DNA of 64,000 nucleotides from Amoebidium appalachense (GCA_963693365.1 CAVNZM010000014.1:7006001-7070000), one strand, 5' to 3'; positions 12,085 to 39,112 are shown, counted from the first letter of the stretch. Program-made: numbers and translations. The notes: a model not told the origin generated them from the sequence alone.

Positions 12085-14347
12085 CACCACCTCAACAACA
12101 AAAGAACCAAGACGAACCCCCCTCCCCCCCCCCAAAAAAAAAAAAAAAAACACACACACAAACACACCCACACGCGCCCTTAATGCCGCCCCCCCCCCCC
12201 CCCCTCCCCCCCCTCCCCCCTCCCCCCTCCCCCCCCCCCCCCCCACACACACACACACCACCAACACTGCCTGCCCCCCACGTGTGGAATGAATTCGAAA
12301 ATAAGAAACCGTTCAGCCGCGTACAGCAGTATAGTATGTGCAAGGGGAGGAAGGGGAAGGGGGAAGTGGGAAAGCTTCCTGGGAAACCCTACGTTAAGAA
12401 TTTAAAAAGGGCCATGGGATTGGTTGGCGTTAATGGAGTAGCTGCTATAGGTATTCTTTGCTCCAGGACTCGGGTTGATGTGACTGCTGCCACCCGGGGG
12501 AGGGGGAGGGGCTCCTCAAGTGCCTTTTCTTTTTGAATTATTTTTCTCAAGTTGTTTATTTTTTGTTTTTACTTGTTTACAAGAGGCAGAAACAGAACCT
12601 GCCACGTATTACACCGACGTAGAGGTGTGTGGTGCGATTTCAAACAGAGGTTTTCATGTTGTGAATTTATGTTGGCGGCCGCGGCCCAACCTATTTAGGA
12701 TGACCGGGTTGCTGGTCATGCCGATAGTATGTCTCTGCTATTAATAGGATCATATTGGACATGCTTAGTTTGGTGGCCCCATGATTAGAATATATGTCGG
12801 TCTTTCTGTTCGACTCTTTTATATCGCGATTGCGCATTTCCCAAAGAGAATTCACCATAAAAATTATATAAAGGCAAAGCCAATCATCTCATGCATGTGA
12901 TGGAAGATTGACTCACGCCACGAAATCTGACACACACCTTATGCTTTCCCCTTAAATATCAACCAATGGTGTGGGTGTGCATTTAAAGCAATAATGATGA
13001 CGTGTCTTCCAATCTTCCAGGTGCCCCTTTCCTATTATGGCTATATTGTGCACACCAGGATTAGACCGTGGGCTAATTGATGGTGCTGTGTCACACATGT
13101 GTGTGGGTGGGTGGGTGCACGTGTGTGTGTGTGTGTGTGTGTGTTTCAAAGTTTTTTTATTTGTTTGGAATGATTTGTTTTTGTTTTTTCAATTATAAAA
13201 AAAAAGTAGCCTAATTGTTGTTATGATTAGTAATATTACTAAGTTTATTTTCAAGTATCAAGTTATTTATATGGCATTTATTATTCTTTGGGGGTGGACT
13301 AGGGGGCGGCGGGGGGGAGGGGGGATGTTTGGGGGGGGTGGGAGGGGGGGGGGGGGGGGGGGAGGGGGAGGGGGAGGGGGAGGGGGGAACATGTAGTGTA
13401 CGTGAATAAGAATCCTTTAGCTCCCCATATACAGCGTCACAGGGTTTCTCCCCATGCCAATTTGTTTAAACCAGTGTTTTCAGGCCCTTTCAGTTTCAAA
13501 TGATTTATTTTCTCGACTCAAGTTGATATGAGCTATCAGAGCTCCTTATGTATGCGCCCACACCGGCTGTATCAGAATAAATGTGGAGCAGAGGCAGGGT
13601 TCGGTCCTGTGACTTTGAGACCTCGGATCCTCCGATACGTATACCATCTGAGGATGGTCCGGCTGCTCTATATACCTGCGCGGATGCCAGTCCGCGAATA
13701 CATCGTCCAATAGGATTACAGATAGTCTCTCAGGATAGATCGGGATTATGTACTAGCCAATAGGAAGACAGTTACGGTTCCTGGCGTATGCGGCCCCAGG
13801 CGGTCCCCAAATACGCGGGGCTGGGATGGGCGGGAACAGGCTAAGTACGTGACTGGGAAGAGCAGGAATACACAGATAGACTATTCTATCATAACAGGCT
13901 GCAAGATGAGAGCATACATGCTAGGGGTATTCTAGCTGCACCGCTTCGGGGAGGGTTGAACGGGAGAGGAGGGGCCCGAGGGGCGGGGGGGGGGGGGGGG
14001 GGGGGGGGGGGAGAAGAGCCTTGGAGGGGGGGGGGGGGGGGGGGGAGGGGGGGGGGGAGAGGGGGGAGCGGGGGCAGGGGGCGGGGAGTGGGAAGCGGGA
14101 AGGGGGAGAGAGAGGCCTACATATCGGTATGTTATTTCATAGCTTACAATTATGGCGGGAACTGTTTCATGACACCCCCCCCCTCCCGCTCCCCACCCTT
14201 TGAACACCACTATGTACCACCACCACCATTGCTCGCAAACATCACCAGCACACACACGTACAACCACAGTGACTCTCCTAGGCCTAATGGAACATGAAAA
14301 GAGTAAAGACGACTCACCACAAGAGCACATAAGTATCATGTGGTGAG

Positions 14348-14378
<31 letters not shown>

Positions 14379-15470
14379 CCCCCCCCCCGGGGGCCTTTTC
14401 CCCTCCCTCGCGGTTCCCATAAAAAAGCACAGACACACACACACACACCCCGCTCTTCCACCGTTTTTACTCCCACCGCACATGGTATGACCGACATTTG
14501 CACAATCATTGGCTGATGCCTAACGGTCAACTCTTGTTTCGTGGATTGGGCGTTAACCATTGCACGAACATGCTGCTTGAAGATGTTTTTTTTTTTAGAA
14601 GGGAAAGTGCAAATGAATGAACGGTGCAAACCGTTGTGTAAAGCGTCCGAGTGGTGGTGTAAAGCGTTATAAGACGTTCAAGTGCCATATGTAAACACTA
14701 ACGGGATAGGCTTGATCCTTGCCTGCAAGAGTATACGACCCTCAGGGGTTCACCTGGAAATAAATGCAGACGTACATACGTTTGAATCACACACACGCAC
14801 ACACACACGCATGCACATGCATACACACACAAACACACCATCTGCATATACACACAGCATGATGCTTGCATAATGATGATGGTTGTTATAGTAAAGTGAT
14901 ATGAAGGCTGTTTATTTCAAGTATTTTCAAGAAACCACCATACAAAAAGGTCGAGTGATTTTTGTCTTTTATGTTTCCTTCAAAAAACGATCCTTCAAAA
15001 AGCAGTTTGCGTGCCGCGCCAGGCAAGCCGCATGATAAAAAAGAGAAAAAGTCGCGTCTACGGATGCCCAAACAAACAAACAAAAAAAGACACATACAAA
15101 CACTACAACATTCGATTAGGTTGCTGTTCTCAAGAATAAAAGTTTCAATCCAGCGCGTCTTTAAGATTAGGTCACATATGGGCATATGACACACGGGCAT
15201 ACAATCACACACCATCATCCACCCACCCACACGCCATACACGATACCCAAATCAAACACCTTTAAACAGCACTATATATGCAGCCACCCCTGCTTTTAAA
15301 CTTTAGCGAACAAGTCGGTATTTCTGAGTCACAAACCTTAAATGGGATTTGCCTAAGAAAGGACATCTGGTGACGATAGCACATAGGTCAACATGACATG
15401 ATAATGATATTAACGTCACATTTACATCACACCAAGAAATACCTCCATACACCTTTAACACTCATGCTTC

Positions 15471-23627
<8,157 letters not shown>

Positions 23628-23904
23628 CTATGGCAAGAGCAGACAATGACTTTAACCGAATCAAAATAGTGTTTGACTCGCGTGGCGATGGTGGCGTGGA
23701 GTCGGGCCGTGAAGCCTTGCAACGACATGCCTGCGCGCTTCATTTTCTTTTCCGAAAAACTTCCGTTTTTTTTTTTTTTGGAAAAGAATTTTTTTGTAGG
23801 CTCCATACTTCTTACAGCAAAGATTTTAATTTTTCAAAACAATTTTAGAAATTCCCAGCCTTTTATATGTAATGCAATTTTGCTATCATGATTTGCTTTA
23901 ACCA

Positions 23905-24242
23905 AACAGCCAATCAATAGCCTGAGCCATTTCACGAGCTTACCTTACCATATAAAGCAACCCTTACTACCATATATGGTTAAACCTTATCTCAAGCCAA
24001 TCACAACAGAGCTTTTACAGTTCGTCCAGTGATATGCATGCATCTGCTGACCAATCAAAGCAACTTATTTTACTGATTGGCTTAGAAAGCAGCAGATGGC
24101 TAAGTAATGTATCCAATCAGCAGGCCGCCTGCACGGTGTAGACCGTGTAGTTGTATTCTTCAGTTCAAGTTTAAAGATGTGTCGACCTTTATAATGCTAT
24201 CTCGTACTAATTGACACATATGAAATGAATACGCCAATCAAA
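23905..24242. promoter_or_regulatory. CCAAT-box cluster upstream of PGM
   Basis: About six CCAATCA/GATTGG motifs (near 23910, 23997, 24051, 24076, 24113 and 24235), 0.4-0.7 kb upstream of the PGM ATG. Fits the NF-Y/CBF consensus. Confidence 0.55.
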
Positions 24243-25921
24243 TGCGACTAAATAATCCGCTGCAAATTGCTATATCATACGCTGTGACATGCGGCAGCTT
24301 TTGCGCAGCGAAAAGCCGGCGAACGGCCTGTACAGGGTTTGCCTTACGAATCGAGTTACGAATTGCCCAAAATACGATTTAGGAAACCCCGCAATACGAT
24401 TAAAAAGGGGCATTCAATTAGTGAATAACGACCCTGAAGGGTGTCAAAATGCTCGAACTTTTACTAAATACGATTAAGAGCGCCAAACCACGGCCCTCTG
24501 AAAAAAGAGGGCCGTGGCCAAACCCAGGTAACCCCTGGGCCTGTATGAGCCGAGCCTGTATGAGCGCTTTTTTCTTTTCTTTCTGTCTCTCTTTTTTTTT
24601 TTTTTTTTTTTTTTTTCTTTTCTTTTTTTCTTGTTCCCTCGAGATCACGGATGGCTGACGACCCTTCTAGAACATCAACGTTCCAGGTTATCTTTTTCAA
24701 AAACATTAAAAACAAGGGAACATTTGATGTTTCCCCCCCAACGAGAGCCCCAACGGCCGATCAGCCCGGGAGCATGAGGTAACGCTGTTTGTGCAAGGAT
24801 GCTTCAGAGGGAAAAACACTCACGCACACGCATGAGTACACATTCGCCCTTTTACCAGGCTGTTCTCGGAGTTCCACCCGAAACGTTTTAAGTTGCCAAG
24901 GGCATATGTAGCAGCGTGATGCGTAAAAGATAGGTTTTTAACCCATAGCACGCAAACAGTTAAGAGCAAGGGTCATGTGCGAAATATATCCTGGCTAAAA
25001 GGAAAACACTTTTATCCCTGTGCCTGTACGTCACACGTGCAAGGTACGCTTAAAGTATCGCGCACGAATGCTCACAAACAAGTGTACGCACGCGCGTGCA
25101 CACGCACATGCAGATGTAGACACTTGCAACCATAACCATTCCCTCCTTGCGCGTCCACACATGCACTTATACCTCGATGCCTGTACTGGGCCACACACAC
25201 ACAGTCACCCACGAATATGCACGCACGTAAATACTGTGTGACGTCAATACATACACACAAAGCACGCACAGCACGCACGCACACACGTTTACCTTTGTAG
25301 TTGTGTATGTATGTGTGTGTGCCGTGTTCGTGTGCGTGTGTTTGTGTTTGTGTGTGCATGTGCATGTGCCTATGTGCCCGCGCATTTGTCCGTGTGTGTG
25401 CGTGAAGGCCGCAAAGTTAACGCTTGTGTCCGTGTGCACAAGTGTGCGTGTACCACAGGCGTGTACCTGTGAATGAGTGGATGCATGTGATTATTATGTT
25501 ACTCAGTGCATACTCCAACGTACAGGCCTAGGTGTATATGACCACACACTCACTAGCAAGACTATGAGTAACCACAACACCCAAAAATGGAAAGGTACCG
25601 TAGCTAATCTTCTGCAGGTTACGTGATATCTGAATAGTATGTGTATTAGTGCTACCTAAATGCAAAAGGATGTCTGCTTACCACAGTGACACCTAGGAAT
25701 GCACCATTACCGATGACTTACGAAAAGGACAACTTTACAAAGGTCAGTGATTGATTTCTTTTCACGTCATGCCGATCGTGTCTATAGACCCGAAATTCAC
25801 AAGCATGACTAAGAAATAAGAGCTCACGGTACCGCGCTCTTGTGTGTGTGGAAGTGTTGGAGAGTTTGGGTTGGTGGGTGGGTGTGGTTGTTTGTGTGTG
25901 TGTACGTGTTGAGATGGTGCG

Positions 25922-25964
<43 letters not shown>

Positions 25965-26354
25965 ATAGAAAGAGTTACAGCCTACGGTACGAAGTACACA
26001 TTCATGACGGACAACTCAACGCATTTTGCAACTTCAAATAACCTTGAAAGAGTATGCCTCGAATATTTGTTGTTGTTGTTTGGGGGGGGGGATCATGATG
26101 GTTGCCCATATGACAGCTCAGGACCTGCAGCTGGGCTCGGTGGGCTGCGTGACGACTGCAGTGCACAAGTTTCAAGTGTGTAAGAGGTGCCGTGGGGGCG
26201 ATGGGGAGGTGCACTGTTGCAAAGCAAATGCATTAAGCCGTCCTTTTTTTGCTTTTCCAGTTAGACTCTGTACAGGTGCACGTACATGTTGAAGTGCAGG
26301 TCTTTATATAGGTGTATTGTGTGTACGGTGTACGGTGTACGGTGTACGGTGTAC

Positions 26355-26501
<147 letters not shown>

Positions 26502-26775
26502 ATGTGTGTTGTGTGTGTCACGTGTGTGTTTGTGTGTGTGGTGTGTATACGCGTGGGTGGTTGAGTGTTGATGCACTACATCACAGGGCATACACACTAC
26601 ACATGCCAGTACGGTAATCACTGCCACGAGGAGAAATGATTCGAATTTCTTTGTAGATGGGGGCTTCTGTGTCGAAAGACACAGAACCAAGGACCCGAAA
26701 GGGACTTTATATGAGGTAGCTTTCTAAGGCTCGAGATATTTGTGGTGTGTGGATGTGTGGCTTTTTTTTTTTTTT

Positions 26776-26806
<31 letters not shown>

Positions 26807-26880
26807 GGGGGGGAGGGGGGGGGCGGAGGCGGGGATCGATCGGGAGATACCCACGGAAAAGAACAAACACAACACACACA

Positions 26881-26917
<37 letters not shown>

Positions 26918-26981
26918 GCATTCACCTCGTCGACGAAATCAACCAACTCAATACTGCTTCACTTGAAATAAAAGGGGGGAA

Positions 26982-27019
<38 letters not shown>

Positions 27020-27487
27020 CTAAAGCGAGTGGAAAAAAATAAAACAATAACAAGGAGGATTGCATTCTAGGGCAAACCAAAACCTGTGACACAACCTTTG
27101 AGACCACCGTGAGGGCACAGCAGGGAAGGGTAACTTAAGGGATTGCAGAGACGGAGATGTGGGCAGAAAGGGTGTTGTGGTGTCGAATCAATATTGCGTT
27201 GGGAAGATGTTCAGAAGGTGTAGGAATTTGGATTGTTTGGGAAGGGGGGGGAGGGGGGAGGGGGGGGGGGGGGGGGGGGGGGGGGAGAGAGAGAGAAGGG
27301 AAGGCTAAGAGAGGCCGTGTGCGCATGGGAGAAAGGGTGGTGAGTGATTGAGAAGAGTGAGAGAGTGAATGAGTGAGGGAGGGAGTGAGGGGGAGAGGAA
27401 GAAAGAGAGGGGGGGCCGAGAGAGAGAGAGAGAGTGTGTGTGTGTTTTCACATGTGTGTGTCTTGAGGAGTGTAAAGAAAAAGAAGG

Positions 27488-27518
<31 letters not shown>

Positions 27519-27667
27519 GGGGGGGGAGAGAGAGAGAGAGAGAGAGAAAGAGCAAGAGAGAGGGAGGGAGGAAGGGAGAGAGAGAGGATTAGGAAGGATG
27601 AAGGGAGAAAGAGGACGGCGGGAAGAGACGGCAGCCGGTGGGGAAGGGGAGGGGAGGGGGGGGGGAC

Positions 27668-27836
27668 TTAAATGCGGAACACGGTACGAAGTACACATAC
27701 ACGATGAGAAGCATGGTGCAGGACACATGCAAAGGCAAACATTCAAGTATGCAACATCAGCAATGCGCACAGTATGAGTCATAAGCACAGCCCATCCTCA
27801 GGGAGGGTCCAAGTCATCAATTGCGTCTGAGTTTCG
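27668..27836 (-). mobile_element. 5'-truncated copy of the poly(C)-associated structured repeat
   Basis: The reverse complement matches 39880-40035 (cgaaactcagacgcaattgatgacttggaccctccctgaggatgggc...ccgcattt). Flanked by G/C runs. Confidence 0.85.
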
Positions 27837-29193
27837 GGGGGAGGGAGGGAAGGGGGGAAGATGTTAAAGAAAAGGAGGAGGGAAAGAAAGAGGCCGTGTG
27901 TGCATGTGAGAGCTGACGGTGCTGAGTGAATAAGGGGGGAGGGGGGAAGGGAAAGAGAGAGAGTGAGAGAGAGTGTGTGTGAGATTGTGTGTGTGTATGC
28001 ATGTGTGTGTGTATTGGGGAAGGAGGGTATGGAGTTGGAGGTTCGAGAAATTTGCCTTGACCGATGTGAGTGGCCGCAAGACATGACAAAACAAAATAAA
28101 AAAGAAACAAGGAAAACCCAACAAAAGGAGTGGGTGGGTGGGGAGGGGAGGGGGAGGGGGGGGGGGGGGGGGTGTTGGCGAGAGGGGGAGGGCGCAAAGA
28201 TGGGGGGGAGAAGGGGGGGGGGGGGGGGGTACCTTGGTAGTTCAACGCAATAGAAGAAGCTTGGTCGAAAGGAGGGACCGCAATAACCTGACCGTGTGCA
28301 GTAGGTGTTGGGAATAGAAAAAAAGAAACGGCGCGGGGGGGGGGGGGGGGGGGGGGGGGAGGGGGGGGGGGAGGGGGGGGGGGGGTAAGTAAAGCACTAA
28401 AGCCGAAAGATGGGAAACTGTGATGACTTACCCGTGTGCAGTAAGTAGATGTTGAGAATAACGAAGAAAGAAAGGAGGGAGGGAGGGGAGGGGGGGGGGG
28501 GGGAGGGGGAGGGGGGGAAGGAAAGCACACGGGGGGCGGGGGGGGGGGGGGGGGACCTACCCTCTGAATAAGAACCACTTCTTAATGCTGAGATTGCGAC
28601 TGACATGACTGAAACGGGGATGGTAAACGGCTGGCATCTGAATAGGAGGTCGAGCTAGGCTTGGTGGTTTGTAATGTGTGCTCTTAGTAAGGACACAACT
28701 CAGGGCTCTACTCATTTGCTCTACTCGGTATGGTCCATGTTTGCTTCAAGACTATTTAAGTGCCGGCCCTGGATGGCTCTCGCTAGCCACGACCCCGCAA
28801 GCTTCTACCATCGTAACACTATAAGCTGAAAACTATGAGTCCTGGAGCGCTTCGCCTCAAACTCACAGGGCGACAAACTCAACTACAGTCAGCCTGTACA
28901 GCCAGTACATACATAATGCCGAGACACAGTGTGACCTTTGTGAGACCGGCATTGGCACACATTCGACTTGCGCAAGCATGACATCAGAGTCTCCTCCGCC
29001 CAGCGCCCCTTAAAAAGGTCGACCGCTATAAAGCAGCTGCAGGATCATAACACGGCACATATCAGGCAAAGGGAGTAGCTTATGATATGCTTATGATATT
29101 GGGTGGAAGATAACCGTTCGAACTCAGCCTGTTACTTCGTACATACAAAAGTCTGCCTGCACACACACACACACACACACACATGCGCGCGCG

Positions 29194-29248
<55 letters not shown>

Positions 29249-29778
29249 GCACACAGCACACACAGCTACGTGGCCTACACGTGGCAGCCGGGACCACCCA
29301 CACCATTGGAATCAGAGTGTACTTTCCGTACTGCAAGCAGTTTCACGGTTTCATCTAACAACAATTATTTGGATGGGTATTTGTATTCGATGAAAAGTAC
29401 TCTATGTGCCAGACCAGCTGGCTATCTGATATAATCATAATCCCCCCCCCCCCCCCCCCCCCCCCCAAACAACCCCCCCCAACCCCACACGCGCACACAC
29501 ACACACTCCCCCCCTCCACCACACACACGCCCACCCACCCACCCACACCTTACCCCCCCCCCCACCACCCATTGTCAGGGCACCCACGTGGAGCAGCCGG
29601 CTGCATATCGCAATAAACCGTGGGGTGGGCAATCCAAGCAGCTACGTTCAGCCATTTCAATACTATCTAAGCCAATTTATGTACATGCCCCCCGGAGAAC
29701 ACGCTTAATGATATTTGTGGCCATATGAGCCAATCATTCGCAGTTTTTATATGCAGCATAGAATTGTAAGAATTAAGT

Positions 29779-33772
<3,994 letters not shown>

Positions 33773-34404
33773 CCTGCCTATATGTTACCTTGAAGAGACA
33801 AGGGGAATAAAGATATGGAATAATGGTGGGAGAGACGATTGAAAGGTATGAAATAAGGGGGCGTGAATAAAAGGTATATGATAGCGGGTGGTCTGATGAT
33901 GACGAAAGAGTTTTAGGATCTCAGTTGTGGTAAGTTTGAGCAAGGGGCGGCAAAACTCAAAACTGCTCAGCAAAACTACCACATGAAGTCTCTCAGCCTA
34001 TAGCATCGTATACGGTTTGTTGATAAGAAGAGGAGACTAATATTCTATTTGAAAGCTATCCATCACCTATTCCACTCAACATCAAAGTTCTGTTCAACAA
34101 ACTACATGTATGTGTCGGTGTGCACGTGTATGCACTGTGCGCCAGCACGAACAGTAACATAAAACTTGATCTAACAAAAAAGGGGTCAATTCAAATTTAC
34201 ATTAGTCAAACGGGGTTTGCTATCCATGAAAATTATGTAATTTAAGAAAATGAAGATGTCAGTTGGCGGCCGTTCGTGTCGATCAACTCCGCATACACGT
34301 GTAAGCGTCACACACATAGTGTAAGGGGCACATATAACTTGTATGCTCAGACAACAAAACAACACATCTAGCCTAGGTTTCACTTAGTCTCTGAAGCAGC
34401 CAAG

Positions 34405-35005
34405 ATGTCGCGGCCGGAGCACGTAGCTCCCGCTGAAATTGTAAGAGTCAATTCCCGAGTTCCTGGGTGATTTGACACGGGGCCTGGACGGAGCATGTGT
34501 TTGTGTTGGTTGTGGTGGTTATTGTTTTTTTTTTTTTGTTTTTTTTTTTTTTGGGGGGGGGGGGGGGGGGAGTTTGACAGAGAGGTTGCGAACACGGTTC
34601 TAATAGGAGCGTTAGGGAGGCCAGTGTGCATTTGATGGGGCACTGTAGAGCGGCCGTGTAGGTGCTGGCAAAACATTACAGATGAGGCCAAGGAAGACGT
34701 CGTCTTATCGCACTTACGGAAAAGCACGCGCTTGTGCTGTGCAACACACAAGCACGGCATGGTGTCTGTAAGCGATGGACTACCTAATCACGCGTCACAT
34801 GCGCCTTCATCCACCACCTGTAAACATCGGCTTGATGGCTGGCAAGCTCACAAGCATAAGCACGCAGAGCCACACTTGCAGGGCATATGGACCAAAAATG
34901 AATGAAATAACACAGGCTGGCATACACATACACACAGTTTTTCGTTTATCGCATCAACATGCACACGTACACACACACACACGTACACACACACACGTGC
35001 GCGCG

Positions 35006-35055
<50 letters not shown>

Positions 35056-35239
35056 CACGTTTGACATGCACATGCACACACACCCACCCATAAGCATTCA
35101 CTTGCGCACAAGCACAAACGCAGACACATAGACATCACACACACCCAAGCACTCACACCTACACACAGTCACGATTTGTCCACACAGCCGCGTTATAGAT
35201 CCTGCCGAAAAGCTATTTCGCCTCAATCCCTGGCTCTTC

Positions 35240-35275
<36 letters not shown>

Positions 35276-36513
35276 CACACACACACACACACACACACCG
35301 CCGCCACCACCACCACCACCCCACCTCACCCTGCACACATATACACACTTACGACTTTCCTACAGTTCTACAATGCCGAGGAGGCTGGAAAATATTCCAC
35401 AAAGTGAGTCTTCCCCCCCCCCCTCCCCCCCCCCCCCCCCCCCATCCCCCCCACACGTCCTCCACCGGACAGCAACCCCCTGAGTAGACACCCCTTTTGC
35501 TCCCCCCTCCCCCCCCCCAGAGCCCATAACAGCTGTTTTACTCGTTATTCGTTCTCTGTGTGCCTTTGTATTTTTTTTTTATTCTTTCGGTCACTCATAT
35601 ATGCTCCTCAACATCGTACATCCTAATTAACCCCCTCCCCCTCCCACTTTTCTTTCTCGCCTCCCCCCCCCCCCCCCCCCCCTCCCCCCCCTCCCCCCAA
35701 GGAGCCCATGTGAGGGCGTGCATTCTGAACTTTTTGCCTTGGTGGCACAAGTGTGCATGCCACATCCTGCATGTGATTGGCCCCCGTCTTTGCTCTGTGT
35801 ATTCCTGTTGAACTGAAATGTACCCATCCAATCAGATTGCATTCACGCACTGCCTGATCACTATTAGTAGTGTACCACATCCTTACCTCCCCCCCCCCCC
35901 CCCCCCTGCCCCCTCCTGCCGCGGATGGGCTCTTCTTATCATGCATACTCTTTGTGTGGTTTACACTCTGCATTATATTTTCCATATGAATGTGTACTTC
36001 GTAGTCTGTAACACATCCTGACCTCCCCCCCCCCCCCCTCCCCCCCCCCCCCCCCCCCCCCAGCTCCCGCATGATAGCCATCCAGACACAGATGACACAG
36101 CGTGCAGTCGAACTGCTCAATCTCCCCCAAGGACAGGTACCAATAGAACCTCCCCCCCCCCCCCCCCCCCCCCCCTCCCCGCTCCCCCCCTTTTCTCCCC
36201 GCCCCCCTTCCCCCTTTCCCCCTTCCCGCTTCCCCCAATTTCTACTGGCAGGTCCCCCCTCCTCCCCCCTGCGTTCCCCACCTCTGCCCTAACATACGGG
36301 TGTGTCATTCCTCTTACTACTTTGTCCACTTTGTTTGTTTGTGGATGGACACAATTAAAGAGAAATGGTGGAATGATTAAAGGTTTACTTATTGTACACC
36401 CCCACACACACACACATGCCATGCACGTGCATGGAGGCACGCATGTATGCATGCAGACAGACAGACACACAGGCACAAGCACAATCAACACCACGCCACT
36501 TGACCAAACAAAG

Positions 36514-36561
<48 letters not shown>

Positions 36562-36777
36562 TCATAATCGAGTGTCTACACCATTCCTTGGCCATACTTG
36601 AACGACCCTTATTCATATCCAACAACCCCTGCCCCCCGGGCTCTGCTTAGTATGCAAACTCTTTGTGTGGTTTCAAACTTAGCATGCTGCATCTTGTTGT
36701 CCGTTGTTTATGCGTACTTGGTACTTATGGTGCATTCAAACTCCCCCCCCCCCCCCCCCTCCCCCCTCTCTCCCCTC

Positions 36778-36814
<37 letters not shown>

Positions 36815-36878
36815 ATTCCCTCCGGCCACCCCTTTTCTTTCCTACCCTTGCCCTCCATTGTCCCTCTTGGGAGGATCC

Positions 36879-36918
<40 letters not shown>

Positions 36919-38292
36919 CCCTCCCCCCTCCACACATACTCACACACAGAATTATATATACACCAGCTCTTCACTATCTATCCCACTCAAATAGACATTT
37001 TAATTTTTTAACTTTAACGTTAAAACCATCAGGAGTGCCTGCTTCTGGACATAGGCTGTGGGTCGGGCATCAGCGGGGAGGAGCTGTCGGCAGATGGTCA
37101 CGTATGGATCGGCATGGACATTAGCCCCCACATGCTCGGTAATAGCCTTATATGGTCATGCGTGCAGGTGTCTGGTTGGTTGATTTGTTGGATGTGAAAT
37201 TAGCCCCCTCGCTCGGTAATAGCCTTATATGGTCATGCTTGCATGGGCTCGATTGGCTAATTGGTTGGATGTGACATCAGCCCCCACATGCTCGGTAATA
37301 GCCTGATATGCTCATGCGTGCATGGGTCTGATTGGTTGGTTGGTTGGATGTGATATTAGCCCCCACATGCTCGGTGAGCGCCTTATATGGTCATGTGTGC
37401 ATGTGTCTGATTGGTTGGATGTGATTTCCGACATCGTCTCGGTATAGCCTGCATGGTGTGAAAGGGTTGTGTGTGATTGCCTAGTTATTGATATCCACCT
37501 ACACAGGCATCATCTTGGCTGGCCCTTTTAAACCAACTACCGCTTCTCCCATTTTAGCGTCTGGGCGCTGACCAGCCGAGAGCCACATTTTTCAGATGTG
37601 CCTCACCAAACAAGAGATTTAATCAAATTGTGTCAAATACCGATGTCGACATATGATTCAGCCTTTCGCGCCCTTTTTAGGGCGACACGGCATCATGGAA
37701 TTTGTGCACAGAATGACGTCACCAATGTGGCTCGCCGCCCAGCAGTTAAAATGGAAGTAGCGGTGGTTGATTTAAATAACGAGGCAGATGGGTTGAGAGT
37801 TCCATTAAGTTTTCCACCAAATTTCACGAATTTGAGCGTTTATCTCACACGTGGTGGGCGTATGCAGGGGTGGCGCTAGAGAAGGAGGTGGATGGGGATC
37901 TGCTGTGGCACGACATGGGCCAGGGCATGGGGTTCAGGCCTGGAATGTTCGATGGTGTCATCAGGTGGGTCACGTGCACGTGCACACACGCATGCAGATG
38001 TGCACACACACAGACACATACACTGTGTCACTGCATCCACACCGGCATGCACATACACAAGCGTGCGTGCAAACAGGCTGTTACAGGCGTACACACTTAC
38101 AGGCATAGACACATCAACACACACCCATGCATACCCACAACAACCCCTTCCCCACCGTCTCCTCTCCCTTTCCCTCCCCCTCCCCCCCCCCCCCCCCCCC
38201 CCTTCCCTTCCTTCCACCACCACCACCACACCATGCACACCCACTGGTAGTCTGCCCCCGGATTTACAGATATCTAAGGCGGCGTCCTAGCA

Positions 38293-38332
<40 letters not shown>

Positions 38333-38362
38333 AGAGAGAGAGAGGGCTGGTGAAAGAGAGAA

Positions 38363-38398
<36 letters not shown>

Positions 38399-38779
38399 GG
38401 GGGGGGGGGAAGGGAGGGAGCGAGAGAGAGAGGGGGGAGGGAAGGAGGGAGGGAGGGAGGGGGGAGGGAGCGAGTGAGCCAGAGGGGGAGCGGGAGGGAG
38501 GGAGCCAGGGAGAGATGGTGTACATGTGACTGGTTTCATCACCATGTGACACAATTATAATACTGGTTCACCTCTTCTTTTCTTTATCCCCCCCCCCCCC
38601 CCCCCCTCCACCTGTCCCTTTATGCTTTCCTTCCGTTTCGTTTCCTCATGTTCTCATTTTGAAATATCCTCCCCCCCCCCCCCCCCCCCCCCCCCCCCAC
38701 CTCGCTCCCCCCCGCCCCGCCCGTGCCCTTCCTCCCCAGCCACACACACGCGGCATGCACACGCACACGCACACACGTT

Positions 38780-38830
<51 letters not shown>

Positions 38831-39079
38831 AGCATCTCTGCGCTCCAGTGGCTGTGCAATGCGGACCAGAAGCACCATGTGCCCAAAAAGCGAATGCAGC
38901 GTTTCTTTGCCACCCTCTATGCTTGCATGGCCAGGGGCGCTAGAGGTACGTGTGTGTGTGTTCGTGCATCCGTGTAGTGACAGTGGTGTTTTTTTTTTTG
39001 TTGTTGTTTTTTCTTTCTTTTTTTTGGGGGGGGGGGGGGGGGGGGGGGGGGGGAGGGGGGAGGGGAAAGAGGAGGGGTG

Positions 39080-39112
<33 letters not shown>

